From Alphaproteobacteria bacterium (GTDB lineage Bacteria; Pseudomonadota; Alphaproteobacteria; Bin95): a stretch of DNA of 64,000 nucleotides. A program made the translations under genes and the position numbers. Below are positions 38,332 to 51,730 of this stretch, one piece after another. The stretch lies in the NCBI GenBank assembly GCA_965205265.1, contig CBDBGH010000003.1, positions 1,088,001-1,152,000 of the forward strand, in the 5' to 3' direction. The first letter of the stretch is position 1. Every line of letters begins with the position of its first letter. The notes beneath the pieces were generated by a model. The model saw only the letters and a list, made by a program, of their open reading frames with translations. It searched no databases and was not told the origin of the DNA.

Positions 38332-39495
38332 TCAGGCCGGATTCCGCTCCACAAGCTGGCGGGCGATGATGATGCGTTGCAGTTCGTTGGTGCCTTCGCC
38401 GATGGCGAGCAGCGGCGCGTCCCGGTAGTAGCGCTCGACATGCATCTCCTTCGAGTAGCCGTAGGCGCCGTGGACGCGCATCGCCTCCATGCTGTTCTCG
38501 ACCGCGGCCTCCGAGGCGAACAGCTTGGCCATGCCGGCCTCCATGTCGCAGCGCTCGCCGGCGTCATAGGCGCGGGCGGCCTGTTCGACCAGCAGCCGGG
38601 CGGCCTCCACGCGCGTCGCCATGTCGGCGAGCTTGATCTGGATGGCCTGGTGCTGCGCGATGGGCCGGCCGAAGGTCTCGCGCTGCTGGGCGTAGCGGAG
38701 CGCGTCCTCCATCGCGGCGCGCGCGACGCCGACGCCGCGGGCGGCGACATTGATGCGGCCGAGCTCCAGCCCGCCGAGCGCATGGCGGAGCCCCTTGCCT
38801 TCCTCCAGCCCGATCAGCCGGTCGGCGGGTATCCGGTAGTCCTCGAAGATGAGCTCGGCTGAGTCGATGCCCTTGTAGCCGAGCTTCTCCAGCTTCCGGC
38901 TGACGGTGAAGCCGGGGCCCTTCTCCGCCAGGAAAAGGCTCATGCCCCGGTGGCGCGGGCTCGCCTCGGGGTCGGTCTTGACGAGCAGCGCGAAGCAGGA
39001 GCCGTGAATGCCGTTCGAAATCCAGATCTTCGTGCCGTTCACGACATAGTCGCCGCCGTCGCGCCGCGCGGCGGTGCGGATCGCCTGCAGGTCGGTGCCG
39101 CAATTCGGCTCGGTGAGCGCGAGGCCGCCCCGGACCTCGCCCGATGCGAAGCGCGGCAGCCAGGCCCGCTTCTGCTCTTCCGTGCCGAAGCGCAGCACGG
39201 CGGCGGACATGATGAGATGCGAGTTGAAGATGCCGGAGAGCGACATCCACACGGCCGAGACCCGCTCGACGATGCGCGCATAGGTCGAGGCGCCGAGGCC
39301 GAGGCCGCCGTATTCCTCCGGGATGATGGCGCCGAAGAGGCCGAGCTCCTTCATCCGCTCGACGATGTCGGCGGGCCAGGTGTCGCTGTGTTCGAGCGCC
39401 AGCACATGCGGGCGCACATCGCGGTCGAGGAACTTGTCCACCGCGTCGAGCAGGGCGGCTTCGAGTTCGGGATCGTCCGGGGAAGGGGCATTCAT
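38332..39495 (-). CDS. Acyl-CoA dehydrogenase
   Basis: PEEYGGLG, ALTEPNCGTD, NGTKIWISN, HGAYGY..E..VER.YRD....IGEGTNE. Confidence 0.95.
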   Translation of the reverse strand: MNAPSPDDPELEAALLDAVDKFLDRDVRPHVLALEHSDTWPADIVERMKELGLFGAIIPEEYGGLGLGASTYARIVERVSAVWMSLSGIFNSHLIMSAAVLRFGTEEQKRAWLPRFASGEVRGGLALTEPNCGTDLQAIRTAARRDGGDYVVNGTKIWISNGIHGSCFALLVKTDPEASPRHRGMSLFLAEKGPGFTVSRKLEKLGYKGIDSAELIFEDYRIPADRLIGLEEGKGLRHALGGLELGRINVAARGVGVARAAMEDALRYAQQRETFGRPIAQHQAIQIKLADMATRVEAARLLVEQAARAYDAGERCDMEAGMAKLFASEAAVENSMEAMRVHGAYGYSKEMHVERYYRDAPLLAIGEGTNELQRIIIARQLVERNPA

Positions 39496-39499
39496 GGCG

Positions 39500-40018
39500 T
39501 CAGTATCCCGCCTTGTCATCGACGGCGTGGCCGCGTTTCGGCACCAGCATGTTGCGCTCGAAGCTCATGAAGACCGCGCCGTCGGCCTTCAGGCCGCGGG
39601 TTGCGATGCGCACGATGCCCTGGGTCGGGCGCGACCGGCTCTCGCGCTTCTCCAGCACTTCGGACTCCGCATAGATCGTGTCGCCCACGAAAACCGGCGC
39701 GGTGAGCGCGATATCGGTCCAGCCGAGATTGGCGATGGCTTTCTGGCTCGTGTCGGACACCGACATGCCGGCCACCAGCGCCAGGGTGAAGGTGGAGTTG
39801 ACGAGCGGCCGGCCGAACTCGCTCAGCCGGGCATATTCCCTGTCGAAATGGATCGGATGCTGATTCATGGTCAACAGGGTGAACCAGGTGTTGTCGCTTT
39901 CGGTGATGGTGCGCCCCGGCCGGTGCTCATAGATATGGCCGACGGCGAAATCCTCGAAATAGCGGCCGTAACTCTCGCGGAACCGGTTGGGGCCTACCTC
40001 CCGGGCTTCAGCGCTCAT
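39500..40018 (-). CDS. MaoC family dehydratase/hydratase
   Basis: YFEDF.VG..YEHRPGRTITESDN..FT..TMN.HP.HFD, PVFVGDT. Confidence 0.92.
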   Translation of the reverse strand: MSAEAREVGPNRFRESYGRYFEDFAVGHIYEHRPGRTITESDNTWFTLLTMNQHPIHFDREYARLSEFGRPLVNSTFTLALVAGMSVSDTSQKAIANLGWTDIALTAPVFVGDTIYAESEVLEKRESRSRPTQGIVRIATRGLKADGAVFMSFERNMLVPKRGHAVDDKAGY

Positions 40019-40191
40019 TCCTCATCGTCCTCCGTTGCACGGTCGAGCATGGTGCGGATCGCCTCGACGCAACGGCCGCAGACCGGTGCGCAGGCGTTGC
40101 GGCGGAAAACCTCCGCCACCCGGCGCGCACCCGCATCGAGCGCTCCTTCGACGGCATCCGCCGAAAGGTCGTTGCAGAGACAAACCCGCAT
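40015..40191 (-). CDS. Bfd-like [2Fe-2S] ferredoxin
   Basis: MRVCLCN...CGRC (CxC/CxxC), about 58 aa; alternative start 40203. Confidence 0.85.
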   Translation of the reverse strand: MRVCLCNDLSADAVEGALDAGARRVAEVFRRNACAPVCGRCVEAIRTMLDRATEDDEE

Positions 40192-40221
40192 CGCCGCCAC
40201 CATGGGCCGCAGGAGGCGCGA

Positions 40222-40250
40222 TTGACAAGGTAGAATGCTATGCATACGGT
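40222..40250 (+). promoter_or_regulatory. Putative sigma70 promoter of the second ABC operon
   Basis: TTGACA-N17-TACGGT. Confidence 0.6.
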
Positions 40251-40298
40251 CCGCCGTTCGAGCGTGGGGCGTCGCTCCGGGACAGGTCGGGAGGTTGT

Positions 40299-41290
<992 letters not shown>

Positions 41291-41294
<4 letters not shown>

Positions 41295-42310
41295 ACGATA
41301 TTGCGACACAGGCGAGCCATCGCGGCACCGTCTCCGAGGAAGTGCTGATCTCGGTGAACGGCCTCAGGATGCATTTCCCGGTGACGGAAGGCATCGTGTT
41401 GCGCCGGGTCGTCGCGCATGTGAAGGCTGTGGACGGCATCGATTTCGAAATCCGCCGGGGCGAGACGCTGGGCCTTGTGGGCGAGTCCGGCTGCGGCAAG
41501 ACCACGACCGGACGCTGCATCCTGCAGCTGGAGCGGCCGACGGCGGGCTCCATCACCTTCGAGGGCCGCGAACTCAGCGGGCTCCGGGGCGAGGAACTCC
41601 GCGCCATGCGCCGGCGCATCCAGGTGATCTTCCAGGACCCGTACAGCTCGCTCAATCCGCGCCTGAAGATCGGCGAGATCATCGGCGAGCCGATCCGCGT
41701 CCACGGCCTGATCCCGGACAAGGCGAAACGCGAGGAGCGGGTGCGCGAACTGCTTGCGGTCTGCGGCCTGAACCCGGCTTTCGCAGACCGTTACCCGCAC
41801 GAGATGTCGGGCGGCCAGCGCCAGCGCGTGGGCATTGCGCGGGCGCTCGGGCTGGAGCCGGACTTCATCGTCTGCGACGAGGCGGTGTCGGCGCTCGACG
41901 TGTCGATCCAGGCGCAGGTCATCAACCTGCTGGAAGACCTGCGGGACCAGTTCGACCTGACTTACCTGTTCATCAGCCACGATCTGTCGGTGGTGCGCCA
42001 TATCTGCCACCGGGTCGCGGTGATGTATCTCGGCAAGATGGTCGAACTCGCAGAAACGGACGAGTTGTTCGACAACCCGATGCATCCCTATACGAGGGCG
42101 CTGCTGGAGGCGGTTCCGATCCCCGATCCGGTGGTCGAGCAGGCCCGCGCGCACCAGGTCATCAAGGGCGAGATTCCGAGCCCGATCAATCCGCCTTCGG
42201 GCTGCGTCTTCCATCCGCGCTGCGATATCGCGGTTGAGGGGTGCCCGAACGCGGTCCCGGCTTTCCGCGAGGTGAAGCCGGGCCACTGGGTTGCCTGCAC
42301 GGAGGTGTAG
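41291..42310 (+). CDS. ABC transporter ATP-binding protein (DppF/OppF-like)
   Basis: [41 protein letters not shown]. Confidence 0.95.
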
Positions 42311-42434
42311 CAACGGGACGCCGTCCGGGAACGCGCCAGGGCGCAAGGGCGGAAAAGGGGGCGTTACTACGGCGCCCGCCACGCAGCCGGGCTTCCGAGC
42401 GGGGCCCGATAAACAGGGAGGTAGCGTGTCTGCC

Positions 42435-44129
42435 ATGAAAACGAGTTTCACCAGATTGGCTCTGGCGGCCGGTCTCGGCGCGGCCGTTGCGGCTGGCGGC
42501 GTCGTGGCGGCGTCAGCGGAGGAGCCAAAGACGGGCGGCGTATTGCGCCTGGTCGTTGCCGGCAAGATTCCGTCCTATGACGGGCACCGGGAATCGACCT
42601 TCGCGATGATCCATCCGATCCGGCCGTTCTACAGCCTGCTGATCCGCGTCAACCCGGACGATCCGCAGTCGTCGGACTTCATTTGCGACCTTTGCGAAGG
42701 CGACGTGCCGGCACCGACCAACGACGGCAAGACCTACACGTTCAAGATCCGGCAGGGCGTCGAGTTCCACGACGGCACGCCGCTGACGGCGCACGACATC
42801 GTGGCGACCTACAACAAGATCGTGTTCCCGCCGGAAGGCATTCTGAGCAACCGCGTCAGCCGTTTCGCGATGGTGGACGCCATCTCGGCGCCGGACGACC
42901 ACACGGTCCAGTTCGACCTGAAATACGCCTCGCCGGGCTTCATCCCCATGGTCGCCACGCCGTTCAACTTCGTCTATGCGAAGAAGGATCTGGAACAGGC
43001 CGATCCCGACGGCAAGGACCCGCAATACGGGATGAAGTGGCACCAGAGCAACATCAACGGCACCGGTCCCTTCGTTTTCGTCGAGCACCAGCCCGGCTCG
43101 CATGTGCTGGGCAAGCGCTACGAGAAATACCATCATGAGGGCAAGCCCTATCTCGATGGCTTCAAGGCGATCTCCGCGCCGAAGATGTCGGTCCGCATCC
43201 AGGCGATTCGCGGCGGGCGCGCCGACATCGAGTTCCGAGGCTTCCCGCCGAAGGCCCGCGACGATCTCGTGAAAGCGCTGGGCGAGGACATCACCGTTCA
43301 GGAAAGCGCCTGGAACTGCACCTTCGGCTATGCCGGGAACCAGACGAAGCCGCTCTTCCAGGACAAGCGCGTCCGACAGGCGCTCACTCTTGCCCTCGAC
43401 CGTTGGGGCGCGTCCAGGTACCTCTCCAAGATCGCGATCGTGAAGACCGTCGGCGGCCTCGCCCTGCCGGGCCATCCGGTTGCGGCGGACGAGGAGACGC
43501 TCAAGTCCTATTACGGCTATTGGCCCGACATCAAGAAGAGTCGCGAGAAAGCGCGCGAACTTCTGAAGGAGGCCGGCGCCGAGGGCGCGTCGTTCAAGAT
43601 CTGGAACCGGGCCGTCGATCAGCCCTACAAAGCCGTCGGCACATGGATGATCGACCAGTGGCGGCAGATCGGCCTCAACGTGGAGCAGATCGTGGTTCCG
43701 ACCGGCCCGTGGATGGCTGGCCTTCGCGACCCGGAGCAGGAAGGCGCGGATGTGAATATCTGGCCGTCCTGCCAGAGCGTCGTGAACCCGATCGTCGATG
43801 CCGGCGCGTGGATTTCCAAGTCGCGCGCAGCGGACAATCGCGGCCATTACGAAGACGCGCAGCTCGACGAATGGTACGACCAGATGCAGCGGGAAGGCGA
43901 CCCGGCCAAGCAGGCGGAGCTGTACCGGAAGTTCGAGAAGCGCGTTCTCCACGACGAGGCGCATTTCGGGCAGATCCTGTGGTGGCATAAGATCAACCCG
44001 CACCGTTCCTATGTGAAGGGCTGGAAGATCGCGCCGTCCCACTATCTGAACCAGTCGCTGGACCAGGTGTGGCTCGACGTGTCTGACGAAGAGCGCAAGC
44101 AGCGCACCATGGACGAACTGGGCGGTTGA
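42435..44129 (+). CDS. ABC transporter substrate-binding protein, family 5
   Basis: Signal peptide, PKTGG.L, YTFKIRQGVEFHDG.PLTA.D, GTGPF, GKPYLD, DKRVRQAL. Confidence 0.94.
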   Translation: MKTSFTRLALAAGLGAAVAAGGVVAASAEEPKTGGVLRLVVAGKIPSYDGHRESTFAMIHPIRPFYSLLIRVNPDDPQSSDFICDLCEGDVPAPTNDGKTYTFKIRQGVEFHDGTPLTAHDIVATYNKIVFPPEGILSNRVSRFAMVDAISAPDDHTVQFDLKYASPGFIPMVATPFNFVYAKKDLEQADPDGKDPQYGMKWHQSNINGTGPFVFVEHQPGSHVLGKRYEKYHHEGKPYLDGFKAISAPKMSVRIQAIRGGRADIEFRGFPPKARDDLVKALGEDITVQESAWNCTFGYAGNQTKPLFQDKRVRQALTLALDRWGASRYLSKIAIVKTVGGLALPGHPVAADEETLKSYYGYWPDIKKSREKARELLKEAGAEGASFKIWNRAVDQPYKAVGTWMIDQWRQIGLNVEQIVVPTGPWMAGLRDPEQEGADVNIWPSCQSVVNPIVDAGAWISKSRAADNRGHYEDAQLDEWYDQMQREGDPAKQAELYRKFEKRVLHDEAHFGQILWWHKINPHRSYVKGWKIAPSHYLNQSLDQVWLDVSDEERKQRTMDELGG

Positions 44130-44139
44130 TCGCCCTCTC

Positions 44140-44177
44140 GCGCCGCTCCGGGCAACCGGAGCGGCGCCTTCTCTCTT
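44140..44177 (+). terminator. Stem-loop after the SBP gene (terminator or mRNA stabiliser)
   Basis: GCGCCGCTCCGG-GCAA-CCGGAGCGGCGC followed by pyrimidine-rich CTTCTCTCTT. Confidence 0.7.
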
Positions 44178-44191
44178 AGAGGCGTTCATTC

Positions 44192-45163
44192 ATGTACAAA
44201 TATGTCGTCAAGCGCCTGCTGCTGCTGATCCCGACCCTGTTGGGAGCGGCGATTCTGGTATTTCTGCTGCTGCGCGCCGTGCCGGGCGATGTTTGCCAGC
44301 TGCGGCTCGGCGGCGGCGGCGAGTTCATCGACCCGGCGGCGCTGGAGCAATGCAAGGTCCAACTCGGTCTCATGGACCCGCTGCATGTCCAGCTGGTGGA
44401 TTTCCTTACAGGATTCTTCACTTTCAACTTCGGCGAGTCGATGTGGACCGGGCGGCCCGTCGCCCTTGAAATCGGTTTGCGCTTCGAACTTTCGCTCCAG
44501 ATCGCCATCATGGCGACGCTGGTCTCCATCATCGTCGCCATTCCGCTGGGGACGATCTCGGCGATCAAGCAGAACACCTGGATCGACTATGTGGTCCGTA
44601 CGATCAGCATCGCAGGAATCGCTATTCCGTCCTTCTGGCTCGGCATCATCATCATCCTGGGCCTGCTGATTACGACCCAGGCCATGACCGGCGTGCCCTG
44701 GATGCCGCCCATCGACTACCGGCCCCTATGGGTAGATCCCGCCTACAACCTGTCGATGCTCATCTGGCCCGCGGTCGCCACCGGGTACCGCTATTCCGCC
44801 GTGGCGACACGCATGACGCGTTCTGCCTTGCTGGAGGTGCTGCGGGAGGACTATGTGCGCACCGCCCGGGCGAAGGGCCTGCTGGAGAAGATGATTATCA
44901 ACCGCCATGCACTGCGCAACTCGCTGCTGCCTGTGGTGACGATCATCGGTATCGAGTTCGCCTTCCTGATGGGCGGTCTTGTGGTGACCGAGCAGGTCTT
45001 CAACCTGAACGGCATCGGCAAGCTGTTCGTCGAATCCGTGACCAACCAGGACTATGTGATGACCCAGTCGCTGGTCATGCTGGTGGTCACGATTTTCGTC
45101 CTCGTCAACCTGGTGGTCGATATCCTCTACGCGGTGCTCGACCCGCGCATCCGCTACAGCTAG
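44192..45163 (+). CDS. ABC transporter permease (DppB-like)
   Basis: PGD, PSFWLG, EDYVRTARAKGL, EQVFNLNGIG, LDPRI. Confidence 0.95.
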   Translation: MYKYVVKRLLLLIPTLLGAAILVFLLLRAVPGDVCQLRLGGGGEFIDPAALEQCKVQLGLMDPLHVQLVDFLTGFFTFNFGESMWTGRPVALEIGLRFELSLQIAIMATLVSIIVAIPLGTISAIKQNTWIDYVVRTISIAGIAIPSFWLGIIIILGLLITTQAMTGVPWMPPIDYRPLWVDPAYNLSMLIWPAVATGYRYSAVATRMTRSALLEVLREDYVRTARAKGLLEKMIINRHALRNSLLPVVTIIGIEFAFLMGGLVVTEQVFNLNGIGKLFVESVTNQDYVMTQSLVMLVVTIFVLVNLVVDILYAVLDPRIRYS

Positions 45164-45176
45164 GAGGGCTTGACTC

Positions 45177-46085
45177 ATGGCGACTGTTTCCCAGGGCAGC
45201 CTTGCGGTAGCCATGTTCGAGGAGCCGGCGGCGTTCAAGCCTTGGCATGTCAAACTCCGCGAAACCGCGCGCAAGCAGCCGGTCGGCGTCGCCGGCGCGA
45301 TCATCGTGATGCTGATGATCCTGATGGCGGTTTTCGCCGACGTAGTAACGCCCTACGACCCGCTGCTGAATTCCTACGAATACATGCTGGTTCCGCCGGA
45401 TGCGAACTACATTTTCGGCACCGACATGCTCGGCCGCGATGTCTATTCGCGCATCGTTTACGGCGCCCGCACGGCGTTGTTCGTAGGCTTCGCCTCGGCG
45501 GCTGTCGGCGGCGTCCTCGGCCTTATCCTGGGCGTCTCCAGCGCCTATTTCGGCGGGTTGTTCGACCTCATCTTCCAGCGCGTCATGGATGTCTTCATGG
45601 CGTTCCCGCTGGTCATCATGGCGCTCGCGGTGGTGTCGATCCTCGGCACCGGCACAGAAAACGTGATCCTGGCGATCATCGTTCCCTTCGTGCCGAGATG
45701 CGCGCGCGTGGTGCGCTCCTCGGCGCTCCAGATCCGCGAAATCCCCTATATCGACGCGGCCAAGGCCTGCGGCTTCGGCCATACGCGCATCATCCTGCGC
45801 CACATGGCGCCGAATGTGATGGCGCCCTTCCTCATCATGGTCACGGCCTTTGTGGGGCAGGCGATCCTGACCGAGGCGTCGCTCTCCTATCTCGGCCTCG
45901 GCGTGCAGGAGCCGACGCCGGCCTGGGGGCTGATGCTGCAGGGCGGGGCGGAGGAGTTCGCCGAGACTGCGCCCTGGGTTGCCGTCTTCCCCGGCCTCGC
46001 GATCACGCTCGCCGTGTTCGGCTTCAACCTCTTCGGCGATGCGCTGCGCGACGTGCTCGACCCGAGGCTGCGCTCGTCGCAATAG
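45177..46085 (+). CDS. ABC transporter permease (DppC-like)
   Basis: GTDMLGRD, YGAR, YIDAAKACG, EASLSYLGLG, GDALRD.LDPR. Confidence 0.95.
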   Translation: MATVSQGSLAVAMFEEPAAFKPWHVKLRETARKQPVGVAGAIIVMLMILMAVFADVVTPYDPLLNSYEYMLVPPDANYIFGTDMLGRDVYSRIVYGARTALFVGFASAAVGGVLGLILGVSSAYFGGLFDLIFQRVMDVFMAFPLVIMALAVVSILGTGTENVILAIIVPFVPRCARVVRSSALQIREIPYIDAAKACGFGHTRIILRHMAPNVMAPFLIMVTAFVGQAILTEASLSYLGLGVQEPTPAWGLMLQGGAEEFAETAPWVAVFPGLAITLAVFGFNLFGDALRDVLDPRLRSSQ

Positions 46086-46124
46086 GCTGCCGGTGGCGGC
46101 CGGACACTGGCGGAGGACGCAGCC

Positions 46125-46517
46125 ATGCCCGAACGGGAAGAGTTTCGCGTGGAAGGCCTCAACGAGCCTATCAGCCACTACACGGATGCCGTGCGCTTCG
46201 GCGACCTGCTGTTCGTGTCCGGAATCGCGCCGGTGGACGAGAATCTCAACCTGGTCGGCGGAGATGATGTCGGCGCCCAGACCAGGCGGCTGTTCGAGAA
46301 CATGGACCGGATATTGCAGGCCGCCGGGGCTTCCTTCGCCGACATACTCAAGGTCACGGTCTATCTGACCGACGTGAACGACCGCCATGCGGTGGATGTC
46401 GTGCGGCGGGAGTTCTTCGGCGACGCCCGCCCCGCCAGCACGCTCATCGGCATCGCAGAGCTCGCCGTGCCCGGAATGAAGGTCGAGATCGACGCCGTGG
46501 CCGGACTGCGGGGTTGA
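46125..46517 (+). CDS. RidA/YjgF family protein
   Basis: HY..AV..G.LLFVSG, KVTVYL, PAST...I..L....KVEID. Confidence 0.92.
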   Translation: MPEREEFRVEGLNEPISHYTDAVRFGDLLFVSGIAPVDENLNLVGGDDVGAQTRRLFENMDRILQAAGASFADILKVTVYLTDVNDRHAVDVVRREFFGDARPASTLIGIAELAVPGMKVEIDAVAGLRG

Positions 46518-46534
46518 ATTCGATTGCTTCCGGG

Positions 46535-47470
46535 TCAGGAGGACGGCGGCTCCAGCACCAGCTTTCCGACGAAGCCCTTGGCCAGGAACATTTCCTGGAC
46601 TTCGGCGATCCGGGCGAGCGGGAAAACCCCGGAAACGACGGGACGGATTTCGCCGCGTTCGATGTAACGGACCAGGTTCTCGAACACGATGTCCTCCTGA
46701 AAGGTGCAGCCGAAGAACGACAGGTCCTTCAGGTAGAGCGTGCGCAGGTCCAGTTCGACGGCCGGCCCGGCTATCGCCCCGGCGCAGGCGTAGCGGCCGC
46801 CGCGCCGCAGCAGGCCGAGCAGTGCGGGCCACGCCGTCCCCGCCACCAGGTCGATAACGACATCGACGGAGTCCGGCCCGAGTTCGGCAAGGAGGTCCGC
46901 ATTGCGGTCGACAACCCGGTGGGCGCCTATCCTGCGAATCTCCTCCGCCTTGGCCCGGGCCGCCACGGCGATGACATGGGCGCCCCGGCGCCGGGCGAGT
47001 TGCACCGCGGCCGACCCGACCCCGCCTGAAGCCCCGGTCACCAGCACGCGCTCCGCGCCCAGGGCGGCCCGGTGCAGCATGTTTTCGGCCGTGGACCAGG
47101 AACAGGGAATCGACGCGAGTTCGGCGTCCGTCCAGTCGCACCGCACGCGGAAGGTTTCCGAAGCGGGCGCCCTGGCGAATTGCGCGAACGCGCCGTCGCA
47201 TTCGGACCCGAAGGTCCAGCACTCGAACGGGCGCCGGCCGGCATAGCTGCGCAGCATGGTCTTGACGATGACGCGGTCCCCGATCCGGCCGGCATCCACC
47301 CCGTCGCCGACCGCCACGATCCTGCCGCAGCAGTCGGCGCCCTGAATCCGGGGAAAGGCCATCGGCCGGCCGGACCATGTCGCATCGTCGCGGTCGATCC
47401 CGTCGAAGCCCCTTGAGCCGCCGTCTCCCGTGGCGGCGTTCACCCTCTTCGAATACCAGCCGATGCGGGT
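46535..47470 (-). pseudogene. MDR (alcohol dehydrogenase/quinone reductase family) gene, C-terminal part, interrupted by IS21
   Basis: GADCCG, GSECDGAFAQF, VTGASGGVG, GKLVL; joins in frame to 50268-50429 to give NTDINTRIGWYSK. Confidence 0.9.
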
Positions 47471-47524
47471 TGCGGCGCGACAATCAGCTTGAGACGCTGG
47501 CGACAATCAGGATGAGACGGGGGA

Positions 47525-47595
47525 AGGCGGCGGCCCGGAACGGAGGGAGGGCGTAGCCCGACCGGAGTTCCGGGCCGCCGCCTCAAAAAATTTTT
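47525..47595. terminator. 17-bp stem hairpin in the IS21 left end followed by an A/T tract
   Basis: AGGCGGCGGCCCGGAAC (47525-47541) / GTTCCGGGCCGCCGCCT (47567-47583), then CAAAAAATTTTT. Confidence 0.55.
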
Positions 47596-47652
47596 CCTGG
47601 ACCTTCTGGCGGGGTCGGTCGGCTGGGCGAACGGTGACGTTTTTCCGAGTAG

Positions 47653-50000
<2,348 letters not shown>

Positions 50001-50261
50001 ACCGCTGCCGCCAGATCGGCCCAGCGGCCACAACACTCACGGCCCGCGGGAATCGCCTCCGCGGGCCGTCTCTTCTCCGACCCGACGGCCCCCCCGCGAC
50101 AATCAAAACGCTCTCCGAAAACCTTGTTTGTCGCGCCGCGACAATCAAAATCCGAAACCGCTTGCAATCCGCGCCCCGCGCGACAATCATCAACTCGCCG
50201 ATGCCGCCGGGGAATCTCATCCTGATTGACGCGCGGCTCTCACCCAGATTGTCGCGCTATA

Positions 50262-50429
50262 GCGGGTGTTGATGTCGGTATTGTTCACCCCGGCGGCGCC
50301 AACCTCGATCAGCACGTCGCCGGGGCCGGGCTCCGGCGTCGGAACATCCTCGCGGAGCTCGAGGACGTCCGGTCCTCCGTGGCCGGTCAACAGCACCGCG
50401 GTCATGCGCGGCGGAATCGCCCGGTTCAC
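50262..50429 (-). pseudogene. MDR gene, N-terminal part
   Basis: AVLLTGHGGPDVL....VPTPEPGPGDVLIEVGAAGVNNTDINTR; GTG overlaps the dihydroorotase stop. Confidence 0.9.
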
Positions 50430-51730
50430 GTTCGCTGCCCGCCGGCCTTGAACACCGTCCGCCCGTCCACGACGGTGCGGAGCACCCGGCCCTGGACCGG
50501 GCGGCGGTCGAAGGGCGAGTTCCTGGATTTGCTGCGGAAGGCGTCCGCCTCGATGCGCCCCGGAATATCGGGGTCGAAGACCACGACATCGCCTGCCCGG
50601 CCCGGGGCCAGACGGCCAAGCGGCAGGCCCAGCAGGTCCGCCGGAGCCGAAGTCAACTTCTCCAGCACGTCGAGCAGCGCCATATGGCCGTTGTGGTAGA
50701 GCTCCAGCGAGAGCGGCAGCAGGCTCTCCAGCCCGACGATGCCGGGCTCCGCATCGCCGAAGGGCAGGCGTTTCGATTCCTGGTCCTGCGGGTCGTGGTC
50801 GCTCGCTATGGCGTCGATGGTGCCGTCGGCCAGCGCTTCCACCACGGCGCGCCGGTCGGCCTCGGACCGGAGCGGCGGGGAGACCTTGCCGAATGTCCGG
50901 TATTCGCCGATGGCGGTCTCGTTGAGCGCGAAATAATGCGGGGCCGTGTCGCAGGTGACCCGCCAGCCCTCGCGCTTGGCCCGGCGGATGAGCGTAAGCC
51001 CCTCTGCGGTGGTAACATGGGCCGCGTGGTAGCGCCCGCCGGTCAGCGCAACCAGGCGCAGGTCCCGGTCGATCATCATCGCTTCCGCAGCGGCGGGAAT
51101 TCCGGGCAGGCCGAGGCGGGTCGCGATCTCGCCTTCGGTCACCACGCCGCCCCTTGCCAGTTCGGGCTCTTCCGGGTGCTGCACGATGAGCGCATCGAAG
51201 GCCTGCGCATAGGAGAGCGCCCTGCGCATTACGCGGGCGCTGGAGACCGCGCGCAGCCCGTCGGTGAAGGCGAGCGCGCCCGCGTCCTTCAGCATGCCGA
51301 GCTCCGTCAGCTGCTCGCCCTTGAGGCCGCGCGTGAGGGCTCCGTAGGCGAACACCTTGACCCGCCGGACCTCGCGCGCGCGCCGGGCGATGAACTCGAC
51401 GACATTCACGTCGTCGATCACCGGCGAGGTGTTGGGCAGGGCGACGACGGCGGTGACGCCGCCGGCTGCCGCCGCCAGGCTGCCGCTGTCGATGGTCTCC
51501 TTGTGCTCGCCGCCGGGTTCGCCCAGCTGCACCCGCATGTCCACAAGGCCGGGCGCGGCGCAGGCGCCTTCGCAGTCGATGACGGCCGCGCCCTCCGGCG
51601 CCGATCCGGCGGCGACCTCCGGGCCGATTGCGGCAATCCTGCCGTCCTCGATCAGGATGCCGCCGGGCGCGTCCAGCCGCGTCGCCGGGTCCAGCAACCG
51701 GGCGTTGACGAGCGCCGTGCGCCTGGTCAT
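50426..51730 (-). CDS. pyrC: Dihydroorotase-like protein (probable inactive PyrC' partner of ATCase)
   Basis: [20 protein letters not shown]....[23 protein letters not shown]; coupled to pyrB. Confidence 0.9.
   Translation of the reverse strand: MTRRTALVNARLLDPATRLDAPGGILIEDGRIAAIGPEVAAGSAPEGAAVIDCEGACAAPGLVDMRVQLGEPGGEHKETIDSGSLAAAAGGVTAVVALPNTSPVIDDVNVVEFIARRAREVRRVKVFAYGALTRGLKGEQLTELGMLKDAGALAFTDGLRAVSSARVMRRALSYAQAFDALIVQHPEEPELARGGVVTEGEIATRLGLPGIPAAAEAMMIDRDLRLVALTGGRYHAAHVTTAEGLTLIRRAKREGWRVTCDTAPHYFALNETAIGEYRTFGKVSPPLRSEADRRAVVEALADGTIDAIASDHDPQDQESKRLPFGDAEPGIVGLESLLPLSLELYHNGHMALLDVLEKLTSAPADLLGLPLGRLAPGRAGDVVVFDPDIPGRIEADAFRSKSRNSPFDRRPVQGRVLRTVVDGRTVFKAGGQRT

Noticed and set aside
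50095-50220. Possible mini CRISPR array (three repeats, regular spacing)
   Set aside because: The repeat is only 11-14 bp and equals the IS21 end motif, the intervals are related to each other, and no cas genes are present.
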